A model generated the notes under the pieces. The model was not told the origin of the DNA. It did no database searches and worked only from the letters and a program-made list of their open reading frames with translations. 33,042 nucleotides of DNA from an uncultured bacterium (GTDB taxonomy: Bacteria > Patescibacteriota > Minisyncoccia > Phycocordibacterales > CAIZLB01): NCBI GenBank assembly GCA_903952785.1, contig CAJBHC010000079.1, positions 1 to 33,042 on the forward strand, read 5' to 3'. Position numbers and translations under genes: made by a program. This document shows positions 1-7,407 of this stretch, piece by piece (positions within the stretch are counted from its first letter, which is position 1; each line of letters starts with the position of its first letter).

Positions 1-51
1 CATACGAGATCTATCGCTGTGACTGGAGTTCAGACGTGTGCTCTCCGATCT
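1..51. other. Illumina TruSeq-style indexed adapter remnant (technical, not genomic)
   Basis: 1-10 CATACGAGAT; 11-18 is the 8-nt index CTATCGCT; 19-51 GTGACTGGAGTTCAGACGTGTGCTCT-CCGATCT matches the TruSeq index-adapter primer site with one T missing. The ORF-track start at 19 (MTGVQTCALRS) is translated adapter. Confidence 0.93.
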
Positions 52-570
52 ACTCTTCACACAAACAACGCCGCTGGAACCTTTACTAGATTAATAGATC
101 TTGGTGCTGATCCAAAAACATTAACATCAGCAATTCACGCTGCAATTGCTCAGCGTCTAGTTAGAGTCCTTTGTAATAAATGTAAAAAGAAGGTTCCAAT
201 TCCAACAGAGAGAGTGGCATTAGTTGACGACGTACTAGAATCAATAAAGGAAATGGAGGAAGGAAAAGAGTTCTTACAAAAACCAACAGAAATTTATATT
301 CCCGCGGGATGCGATGAATGTAATAACACTGGATACTTTGATAGAATCGGAATTCATGAATTAATTTTGACAGATGCATCAATTGAAAAAATTGTAAGAG
401 AAAATCCAAGTGAAAGAGAAATCAAATCTGTGGCTAGAAAACAAGGTTTTTTAGACATGAGACAAGATGGTGTAGTAAAAGTTTTACAGGGTGTAACCTC
501 TTTTGATGAGCTAGAGCGTGTTATAGATTTATCTAAAGATGATTTTATAGAAGAAGCTCCGTTAGTTTAA
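52..570 (+). CDS. GspE/PilB-family secretion / type IV pilus assembly ATPase, C-terminal fragment (5' end lost at contig edge)
   Basis: The frame runs on from the adapter junction. Motifs: TLHTNNAAGTFTRLIDLG (TLHTNDA-type motif), AQRLVR, tetracysteine CNKC...CDEC followed by NNTGY, and RIGIHELI. TAA stop at 568-570. Confidence 0.85.
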   Translation, partial: TLHTNNAAGTFTRLIDLGADPKTLTSAIHAAIAQRLVRVLCNKCKKKVPIPTERVALVDDVLESIKEMEEGKEFLQKPTEIYIPAGCDECNNTGYFDRIGIHELILTDASIEKIVRENPSEREIKSVARKQGFLDMRQDGVVKVLQGVTSFDELERVIDLSKDDFIEEAPLV

Positions 571-704
571 TTTTATTTCCAAAAAGGTGATAATAATATA
601 TAAAATTCAACAAAGTGATTTTATGAAAATATTTTAGGTTGACAATTGATTTATTTGACACTTCAAATAAATAATTATCCAAAACAAAACTGTGTAAATC
701 TCCG

Positions 705-733
705 TTGACTTAAAACGGTCTCACAGGTATTGT
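705..733 (+). promoter_or_regulatory. Candidate sigma70-type promoter reading into the structured element
   Basis: TTGACT (705-710), 17-nt spacer, TATTGT (728-733). AT-rich context, so a chance match is possible. Confidence 0.3.
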
Positions 734-737
734 TATT

Positions 738-946
738 TTATCAATTTGATCAAGCGTGAAAAATTGATAACAAAAAAACAGCACTTTAAATCTCTAAGCG
801 ATGCTTTAAGTCCTAAGACCTAAAGCCCGATAGTTCTTTAAGGATAGCACCAGGAACGTGGCGTAAAGCCCGCACCAGAACGTCCTTTAAGAAAAACCGA
901 TAGACCCGCAAAGGTTGTATCGCTTAGAGATTTAAGGAGCTGTTTT
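738..946. ncRNA. Structured inverted-repeat element of unknown class (candidate ncRNA with 6S-like architecture, or a MITE-like repeat); strand unresolved
   Basis: 10-bp hairpin 738-747/761-770. Then a 24-bp stem 779-802/919-942 with one A-A mismatch and one G-U pair, extendable by 4 A-U pairs (775-778/943-946). An inner helix 836-845/882-891 (one mismatch) encloses a small hairpin 858-863/871-875. The interior is built from direct repeats: CTTTAAG x3 (804, 836, 885), TAAAGCCCG x2 (821, 864), CCGATAG x2 (827, 896) and CACCAG(G)AACGT x2 (848, 873). The long stem is followed by a T-run on either strand (943-946 on plus; 772-778 read as T7 on minus). Confidence 0.4.
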
Positions 947-1053
947 ATTCCTAAGAATATAACACAGAAATAAATCCCTTTTTGTATCTTTGCTACAAAA
1001 ATCCATTTTACCATGCCAAAATCATCTGGCAAGCCTGTTTCAAGTTCATGAGT

Positions 1054-1082
1054 ATCGTAGCATACTTATTTTTTTCTGTCAA
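1054..1082 (-). promoter_or_regulatory. Candidate sigma70-type promoter on the minus strand pointing toward the structured element
   Basis: Minus strand: TTGACA (1082-1077), 17-nt spacer, TACGAT (1059-1054). It overlaps a plus-strand hairpin plus T-run (about 1048-1076) that could instead be a plus-strand terminator. The two readings are alternatives. Confidence 0.3.
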
Positions 1083-1129
1083 GCAGTTATTATTTAGATT
1101 ACAAGTTAAAATGTAGTTGAAACAACAAA

Positions 1130-2191
1130 ATGACTCAAGATTTTAATTCTAACATATCCAATATAACCTCAAATACCCCCATAACCGATGAGGTTTTGGA
1201 GAAGTCAGGAGATAAAGTTCTTGATCAAGAACTCAGACCTGGTAATTTTGAAGAATATATTGGCCAAGAACAGATCAAAAATAACCTCAAAATCCTACTA
1301 ACTGCCGCAAAAGAGAGAAACCACCCACCAGAACACCTTTTGTTCTATGGCCCTCCAGGGCTTGGTAAGACAACTCTAGCTCACCTTATTGCTAAAGAGA
1401 CGGGATCTCAAATTAAAATCACCTCTGGCCCTGTTATAGAGCGTGTGGGGGACTTAGCATCCGTATTAACCAACCTCTCTCCGGGGGACATTCTTTTTAT
1501 CGATGAAATCCATCGCCTCAACAAAACGGTTGAGGAGGTTCTTTACCCCGCCATGGAATCTGGCCAAATTGATATAATTATTGGAAAGGGACCTTCTGCC
1601 AGAACAATTCAATTAGATTTACCTCCCTTTACCCTAATTTCAGCCACGACAAGAGTTGCCATGGTCTCCTCCCCTCTCAGATCCAGGTTTTCAGGGGGAG
1701 TCTTTCGTTTGGAATTTTATACAGAAGGTGAAATATCAAAAATAGTTTCAAGATCTGCAAATATTCTTAACTTAAATATTGACGAGGGTGCAATTAATGA
1801 AATAGCAAAAAGGAGCCGTTCAACCCCTCGTACTGCAAATTATCTACTTAAAAGATGTAGGGATTATTCACAAGTTCTTAAAAAACAATTAACAAAGGAT
1901 GTAGTTGAGGAAGCCTTGTCTCTTCTTTCAATCGATAGGCGTGGACTAACCGCCATGGATCGTTCTATTCTTTCAACAATTATAGAAAAATATGAAGGGG
2001 GGCCTGTTGGACTTGGAACAATTTCAGCTTCCCTCTCGGAAGATGAGGCAACAATTGAGGAATTTAGTGAACCATATTTGATTCAACTTGGTTTTATAGA
2101 AAGAACTCCAAGGGGGCGAGTTGTAACACCTCAAGGTTATGCCCACCTTGGTATTGATTATCCGACAGAAAAACAAATTAGATTTGCTTAA
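1130..2191 (+). CDS. ruvB: Holliday junction branch migration helicase RuvB
   Basis: LLFYGPPGLGKTTLAHLIA (Walker A), LFIDEIHRL (Walker B), TRVAMVSSPLRSRF, and a typical C-terminal winged-helix region ending GRVVTPQGYAHLG. Confidence 0.97.
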   Translation: MTQDFNSNISNITSNTPITDEVLEKSGDKVLDQELRPGNFEEYIGQEQIKNNLKILLTAAKERNHPPEHLLFYGPPGLGKTTLAHLIAKETGSQIKITSGPVIERVGDLASVLTNLSPGDILFIDEIHRLNKTVEEVLYPAMESGQIDIIIGKGPSARTIQLDLPPFTLISATTRVAMVSSPLRSRFSGGVFRLEFYTEGEISKIVSRSANILNLNIDEGAINEIAKRSRSTPRTANYLLKRCRDYSQVLKKQLTKDVVEEALSLLSIDRRGLTAMDRSILSTIIEKYEGGPVGLGTISASLSEDEATIEEFSEPYLIQLGFIERTPRGRVVTPQGYAHLGIDYPTEKQIRFA

Positions 2192-2235
2192 TTTTTTTTA
2201 ACACTTAAAATACAAAGATAAGTGATTATTTAAAT

Positions 2236-2709
2236 ATGAAAATATTATCAATTGATCCGGGATATGAAAGACTTGGTATTGCAATAATAGAAAAGGAACG
2301 AGGAAAAAAGGAGGTTTTGTTATTTTCAGAGTGTTTTAAAACAGACGCTAAAAACCCTTTTGAAGAACGTTTATTGGAAATTGGAAATAAAATTGAGGAA
2401 TTAATTATTGAGCACCAACCATTTGTTTTAGCAATTGAAACACTTTTTTTTAGTAAAAATACAAAAACAGCAATGAGGGTTGCCGAGACAAGGGGAACAA
2501 TAATTTATGTTGCTAAAAAAAACAAACTTCTCATTAAAGAAATAAATCCTATGGAAATTAAATTAGCCGTCACAGGTGACGGAAAAAGTGACAAACACCA
2601 AATGACAAAAATGGTTCAATTAATTTTAAAGATGAACAAAAAAGCAACAGATGATGAATATGACGCTATCTCTTGTGGTCTTGCGTGTTGTGCCCTTTTG
2701 AGATATTAA
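2236..2709 (+). CDS. ruvC: Crossover junction endodeoxyribonuclease RuvC
   Basis: MKILSIDPGYERLGIAI (catalytic Asp), AIETLFFSKN (Glu), GDGKSDKHQ, DEYDAISCGLA; 157 aa, directly downstream of ruvB. Confidence 0.93.
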   Translation: MKILSIDPGYERLGIAIIEKERGKKEVLLFSECFKTDAKNPFEERLLEIGNKIEELIIEHQPFVLAIETLFFSKNTKTAMRVAETRGTIIYVAKKNKLLIKEINPMEIKLAVTGDGKSDKHQMTKMVQLILKMNKKATDDEYDAISCGLACCALLRY

Positions 2710-2820
2710 ACTCAATATAATAATTAATTTTAAACAATATCCACAGTTTTACTTGCATATTTCTATTAGTATGATAAATATATCAAATAAGTTTTAATAA
2801 TTAATCAAACAACAATAAAC

Positions 2821-3117
2821 ATGACTGATGACTTAGATTTAGATATTGCAACGGACACCACTGGATCAGATGATGATTTATTAGCAGAAGATAAAGATCT
2901 TGATGTTGGAGATGTTGATCCACTAGATGTTCCCCTTGATGAAGAGGAGCTCGTGGACGATGAATCCATAGACCCTGAAAAAGAAGAGGGTGAGGACGAA
3001 GGTCTCTTCGGTTTTGGATTACCAGGAGAGTTAAACGATGATGGAGAATTTGTTTCTCCAGCAATAGATGATGAAGAGGAAGAGGAAGAGTTGGTTGATG
3101 AAAATCTATTTAATTAA
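2821..3117 (+). CDS. Hyper-acidic small protein, function unknown
   Basis: 98 aa with 24 Asp + 19 Glu against 2 Lys. The ATG follows an AT-rich spacer and a hairpin terminator follows 29 nt after the stop. The antisense ORF 2801-3064 is a composition artefact. Confidence 0.6.
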   Translation: MTDDLDLDIATDTTGSDDDLLAEDKDLDVGDVDPLDVPLDEEELVDDESIDPEKEEGEDEGLFGFGLPGELNDDGEFVSPAIDDEEEEEELVDENLFN

Positions 3118-3145
3118 AAAACTAAAAAACGCACCTCGACAACAC

Positions 3146-3178
3146 AGGTACACTATAAAAAGTGTGCCTTTTGTTGTA
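3146..3178 (+). terminator. Rho-independent terminator after the acidic ORF
   Basis: Stem AGGTACACT (3146-3154) / AGTGTGCCT (3161-3169, one G-U), loop ATAAAA, then TTTTGTTGT. Confidence 0.6.
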
Positions 3179-3206
3179 CAATAGGCAAAGTTATTATAAA
3201 AACAAA

Positions 3207-5630
3207 ATGTTCAAAAAATACAATAAAAAACGTCTTAAATTTATCCTTAAAAACACTATTTTAATAGCAATTATTGCTATTGTTGTTTTAGCTGGAATAT
3301 TCTTAATTTGGGCTTCAACAATTAAAACTCCAGACCTTTCTTCTTTTGACGATAGGCTTTTGGGTCAATCAGCTAAAATATATGATAGAACTGGAAACAT
3401 ATTATTATATGATTTGAGTGAAAAAGTTAGAAGAACCGTAACTCCTTTTGACCAAATTTCTCCTTATGTAAAAAATACAACTGTTGCAATTGAGGATGTT
3501 GATTTTTACAATCACGGAGGAATTAAGATTTCATCAATAATAAGAGCCGTCTTTGCCAACATTTTTTCATTGAAATTTAGCCAAGGTGGTTCAACAATCA
3601 CACAACAGGTAGTTAAAAATTCACTACTTTCTCAAAACAAAACCATAACTAGAAAAATTAAAGAGTGGATTTTGGCAATCAAACTAGAGAGAACAGCTTC
3701 AAAAGATACTATTTTGAACATGTATTTAAATGAGGCGCCTTATGGAGGAAATATTTATGGGGTAGAAGAAGCTAGTTCTTTATTCTTTAATAAAAAATCA
3801 AAAGATTTAACCTTGGCAGAATCAGCCTACCTTGCATCCCTACCCCAATCCCCATCGTCACTATCTCCCTACGGAAAAAACAAAACCAAGCTGGAAGCAA
3901 GAAAAAATCTAGTACTCCAAAAAACCTTGGAAGCAAAACTTATTTCAAAAGAAGAATACGAAAAAGCTATAGCAGAAAAAGTTGTTTTTCAACCAAAATC
4001 AATGGCTGGAATCAAGGCCCCCCATTTTGTTATGTACGTTAAAGATTATTTACTAGAAAAATATGGGGAAGAGTTGCTGGCAAAAGGTGGTTTAAAGATA
4101 ACAACAACACTAGATTATGAGTTGCAACAAAAAACAGAGGATTTGGTTTATAATTATGTGACAAAAAACGGCCCTGCTTTTAAAGCAAAAAACGCAGCAG
4201 CTGTTGCAACAGATCCAAGAACAGGGCAAATACTAATGATGGTTGGATCAAAGGATTACTTTGATAAAGAAAATGATGGAAACTTTAATGTGATAACCGC
4301 CCACAGACAGCCGGGTTCATCTTTTAAGCCGTTTGCTTATGCTACAGCATTCATGAAAGGTTATACGCCAGAAACACCACTTTTCGATGTTCAAACAGAG
4401 TTTAATGTAAACTGTACACCCCTTATTAATGAGAAAGACAAGGAGAAGCCGGGCTGTTATACGCCACAGAACTACGAAGGGGGGTTTAAGGGATTAATGA
4501 GCTTTAGAACAGCCCTTGCTCAATCAAGAAACATACCATCAGTAAAGGTATTATATTTGGCTGGAATTGAAGACACCTTAAAAACAGCAACAGCCATGGG
4601 TATTAATGATTTAGGCCCAGCTTCTCAATACGGCCTAGCCCTTGTTCTTGGAGGTGGTGAGGTTTCCCCACTTGATATGACGTCAGCGTATGGTGTATTT
4701 GCAAACAATGGACAAAAAGCCCCCTTAGTTTCTGTTTTAAAAATAGAAACGGACAAGGGAGAGTTGTTGGAACAAACACCTGAGAAAATTGTCACGAAAC
4801 AAGTTATAACGGAACAATCAGCAAAATTAATCAACAGCGTTTTATCTGACAGAAAAGCAGGATCAACTATTTTTGCTCCAAGCATCTTTGGAAGCAGGGT
4901 GGTTGCAATGAAAACTGGTACAACAAACAACTCACGAGACGCTTGGGAAATTGGATACACCCCAAGTATTGCCATTGGAGCTTGGATGGGGAATAATGAC
5001 AATACACCAATGATTCAACAGTCTTCCGCTAAAATTGTTGCCCCTCTATGGAAAAGTATAATGGATTTTGAGCTAGCCAGAATACCTGTTGAAAGTTTTG
5101 ATGCACCAGAACCAACGGAGAAGAATATTAATCCCTTCTTAACTGGCACCTGGATGGGGCCGGGGAGTGAGGTTCATTCAGAGTTATATTGGGTTGATAA
5201 AAAAAATCCAACAGGCGGTGCGCCGGGCTTAAATTCTAATGATGAACAATTTAGAAATTGGGAATATGGTGTTATTAGCTGGTCCCAAGGCCCACAAGCG
5301 GCTGGATTGATTCAAAGCACCCCTGTAGTTGGTGGTGGTGAATTAAATCAAAACACCAATCAATTTAAAATAGTTCAACCAACCAGCTTCTCCATAATAG
5401 ATAAAAACTCAAGACAATCAATCATTGTTTCTGGTTTTAAAAATAACACCGTTTCAGTTGAATACTATATAAACGGCGCTTCTATTGGTAAATCTACAGA
5501 AGCACCCTTCGTTTCTTCTTACACCCCATCAGAAACACCAGCTAGTGACTTTGAAGATGAATTAAAAGCGGTAGAGATGGATTCAAATGGAAATCAACGA
5601 GAAACAACGGCGGTATATTCAATAAAGTAA
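3207..5630 (+). CDS. ponA: Class A penicillin-binding protein (bifunctional glycosyltransferase/transpeptidase) with C-terminal extension
   Basis: GT51 motifs EDVDFYNHGG, GGSTITQQ, RKIKEWILAIKLE. Transpeptidase motifs SSFKP (SxxK), SRN, KTGTT. N-terminal signal anchor. I prefer the ATG at 3207 (MFKKYNKK) because the GTG at 3162 lies inside the upstream terminator hairpin. Confidence 0.93.
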   Translation: MFKKYNKKRLKFILKNTILIAIIAIVVLAGIFLIWASTIKTPDLSSFDDRLLGQSAKIYDRTGNILLYDLSEKVRRTVTPFDQISPYVKNTTVAIEDVDFYNHGGIKISSIIRAVFANIFSLKFSQGGSTITQQVVKNSLLSQNKTITRKIKEWILAIKLERTASKDTILNMYLNEAPYGGNIYGVEEASSLFFNKKSKDLTLAESAYLASLPQSPSSLSPYGKNKTKLEARKNLVLQKTLEAKLISKEEYEKAIAEKVVFQPKSMAGIKAPHFVMYVKDYLLEKYGEELLAKGGLKITTTLDYELQQKTEDLVYNYVTKNGPAFKAKNAAAVATDPRTGQILMMVGSKDYFDKENDGNFNVITAHRQPGSSFKPFAYATAFMKGYTPETPLFDVQTEFNVNCTPLINEKDKEKPGCYTPQNYEGGFKGLMSFRTALAQSRNIPSVKVLYLAGIEDTLKTATAMGINDLGPASQYGLALVLGGGEVSPLDMTSAYGVFANNGQKAPLVSVLKIETDKGELLEQTPEKIVTKQVITEQSAKLINSVLSDRKAGSTIFAPSIFGSRVVAMKTGTTNNSRDAWEIGYTPSIAIGAWMGNNDNTPMIQQSSAKIVAPLWKSIMDFELARIPVESFDAPEPTEKNINPFLTGTWMGPGSEVHSELYWVDKKNPTGGAPGLNSNDEQFRNWEYGVISWSQGPQAAGLIQSTPVVGGGELNQNTNQFKIVQPTSFSIIDKNSRQSIIVSGFKNNTVSVEYYINGASIGKSTEAPFVSSYTPSETPASDFEDELKAVEMDSNGNQRETTAVYSIK

Positions 5631-5650
5631 AATTAACTTAATAAATTATA

Positions 5651-5682
5651 AAAAACCAACATATGCAAAATGTTGGTTTTTT
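5651..5682. terminator. Bidirectional hairpin terminator between convergent genes
   Basis: AAAAACCAACAT (5651-5662) / ATGTTGGTTTTTT (5670-5682), loop ATGCAAA. An A-run and a T-run flank the stem, so it can serve both strands. Confidence 0.65.
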
Positions 5683-5698
5683 ATATTATTTAACTCAA

Positions 5699-5956
5699 TC
5701 AAAAACCTATTGAATCTACAAATCTATTTGGGATGGTTTCTTTTATAATTTTAAGGATTTGTTCTTTTCTTATATATATAAAGTTCTTTTGAACTGGATT
5801 AACTTTTAAAATAATAGTGTTTTTTCTAAAAAAAACATGAGTTTCATCTATATCCAAACCTGTTTGATTCTTTACAGCATCAACAACAGACTTTTTGTCT
5901 TCCTGTGGATTCTTGATTTTTGAATAATCACCCAATAAATCACCAATGTTTATCAT
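5699..5956 (-). CDS. DUF721/DciA-like small protein (putative)
   Basis: 85 aa. The ATG lies 1 nt after the dnaN stop (TAA-T-ATG). The pattern NTIILKVNPVQKNFIYIRKEQILKIIKE resembles the DUF721 core (a strand followed by a helix, as seen next to dnaN/recF in many bacteria). Assignment is by eye only. Confidence 0.45.
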   Translation of the reverse strand: MINIGDLLGDYSKIKNPQEDKKSVVDAVKNQTGLDIDETHVFFRKNTIILKVNPVQKNFIYIRKEQILKIIKETIPNRFVDSIGF

Positions 5957-5957
5957 A

Positions 5958-7058
5958 TTATTTATTCATTGGCATCAATAGATAAAGAAAACTATCATCA
6001 CCAAAAGCTTTCATTATCATTGGTTTATTTACCCCACTAAAAGACAATACCAAACTGTCTGAACTAATTGAGATAAGCGCATCTGTTATGTATTTATAAT
6101 TAAAATTAATACTTAAAGACTCTCCGGTGATTGAACCCTGTATTGTTGTTGTACTTTCTCCAATATTGTTGTTTTTTGTTATTATTTCAATATTTTTTTC
6201 CTCTGGATGTATTACAAACTTGGTGTGATTAAAAACATCACTAAAAATAGAACTTGTTTTAAAACAATTTAATAAATCCTGTTTTAAAACAGTAATCTCT
6301 GAAACAAACTCTTTTGGAATAATAGCTTTGTAATTAGGAAAATTACCCTCGATAATTCTAGAAACCAAATAGGCATCATTATAAGATATTGCTATCTGAT
6401 TCTGTTCAATCACTATTTTAAGGTTTTCATTAACCCCCTCAAAAAATCTTATTATTTCAACCGCATTTTTAACTGGAATTAAAACTTGAGAAAAATCCAA
6501 TAGGTTTTTGAGTTTTATTGTTTTTTCAGCCAACCGGAGTCCGTCGGTCGCAACAAAAACAATTAAACCCTCTTCAGGAGTCACACAAACGCTTGAGAGC
6601 TCTGGTTTAATACTAGATGTGGCAGAACTATACCAAACTGACTTAATACCGCTTATAAGGCTTTCTGCTGGCATTTCAATACTCTTTACCATATCAACCT
6701 TTGGTATTATTGGATAATCATCGTTTGGAAATATTTTAATGATTGTATTTGTTTTTGGGGTTGAAACAAGAAGGTTTCCTTCAATTAAGTCTAGGGTAAC
6801 TGTTTTTTCAGAAGTAATACTATTTAGAAAGGAATTTAAGATTGCCCCAGGTATAGCAACAGAACCCTCAACCTCCACCTTTGCGGGTATTTTTATTTCA
6901 ATACCAATATCTAGGTTTGTTGAGTTGATAAACAAACTATTATTTGTTGCTCTTAGAAGAATACAGCTAAGTATAGGAAGGGATGTATTCTTGCTAGTTA
7001 TCTTTTCTGCTTTTGTTACAGCTTCTGAAAGTCTTTCTCTGATGCATTCAATTTTCAT
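5958..7058 (-). CDS. dnaN: DNA polymerase III beta sliding clamp
   Basis: MKIECIRERLSEAVTKAEKITSKNTSLPILSCILL is a typical DnaN N-terminus. 366 aa, downstream of dnaA, C-terminal MPMNK-type end. Confidence 0.93.
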   Translation of the reverse strand: MKIECIRERLSEAVTKAEKITSKNTSLPILSCILLRATNNSLFINSTNLDIGIEIKIPAKVEVEGSVAIPGAILNSFLNSITSEKTVTLDLIEGNLLVSTPKTNTIIKIFPNDDYPIIPKVDMVKSIEMPAESLISGIKSVWYSSATSSIKPELSSVCVTPEEGLIVFVATDGLRLAEKTIKLKNLLDFSQVLIPVKNAVEIIRFFEGVNENLKIVIEQNQIAISYNDAYLVSRIIEGNFPNYKAIIPKEFVSEITVLKQDLLNCFKTSSIFSDVFNHTKFVIHPEEKNIEIITKNNNIGESTTTIQGSITGESLSINFNYKYITDALISISSDSLVLSFSGVNKPMIMKAFGDDSFLYLLMPMNK

Positions 7059-7407
7059 AATGTATTAATTATATATCTTTATTAATAAAAAAGCTTATCA
7101 CTACTATACCTGTGGATATGTGGATCTTTAGATATAACTAATAATCTAAACCTTTTTTCATAAAAGACAAACTAAGAGACAGTGTTTTAAACGGTGGCTT
7201 AAATAATGTCTTTTATAGGGGTGTTAATAAGTACACTTTAAATTAACATAATATACAGACATAGAAACAGCTTTTAAACAGCTTGATAGATAGATGTTAA
7301 CAACTTATACACATACTTATACACAAAAGAAGGGTGTTTTTATAGACTTGATAAACAAAAAACAACACAGTGTGTTGTTTTTTGAAGAGATTTTTTGATA
7401 GATAATT
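7059..7407. promoter_or_regulatory. dnaA-dnaN spacer with DnaA-box-like 9-mers (candidate oriC)
   Basis: TGTGGATAT (7111-7119) and TGTGGATCT (7119-7127) are in tandem. TTATACACA occurs twice (7305-7313, 7317-7325), each 8/9 to TTATCCACA. Very AT-rich stretch 7059-7100. This is the classical dnaA-dnaN / rpmH-rnpA-yidC origin neighbourhood. Confidence 0.5.
7355..7385 (-). terminator. Hairpin terminator downstream of dnaA
   Basis: AAAAAACAACACAGTGTGTTGTTTTTT: stem 7361-7368/7372-7379 with a 3-nt loop and a T-run on the minus strand. It starts about 23 nt after the dnaA stop. Confidence 0.55.

Noticed and set aside
779-942. Possibility that the structured element is RNase P RNA, tmRNA or SRP RNA
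   Set aside because: I could not find the GAGGAAAGUCC / ACAGAA-CCGGCUUA P4 strands, a tRNA-like acceptor/T-arm with CCA, or the SRP domain IV GGAA-tetraloop/AGCA loop on either strand. The element between the arms (~165 nt) is also too small for bacterial RNase P RNA.
838-1032. 64-aa minus-strand ORF in the large intergenic gap
   Set aside because: It has a TTG start and runs straight through both arms of the 24-bp inverted repeat and the repeat-built core. The composition looks like a by-product of the structured element, and I see no supporting signals.
2737-2745. Isolated DnaA-box-like 9-mer ATATCCACA downstream of ruvC
   Set aside because: It is a single 8/9 match with no neighbouring boxes, which is expected by chance in 33 kb of AT-rich DNA.
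2801-3064. 87-aa minus-strand ORF antisense to the acidic gene
   Set aside because: It is a His/Leu/Gln-rich product of reading GAT/GAA-rich codons backwards. The sense ORF has the terminator and promoter-like context.
3162-3206. GTG start extending the PBP by 15 residues (MCLLLYNRQSYYKNK)
   Set aside because: The GTG lies inside the 3' arm of the upstream terminator hairpin. The ATG at 3207 gives a normal Lys-rich N-terminus followed by a TM.
6508-7068. Two plus-strand ORFs (69 and 109 aa) overlapping dnaN
   Set aside because: They are antisense shadows of a strongly supported dnaN gene.
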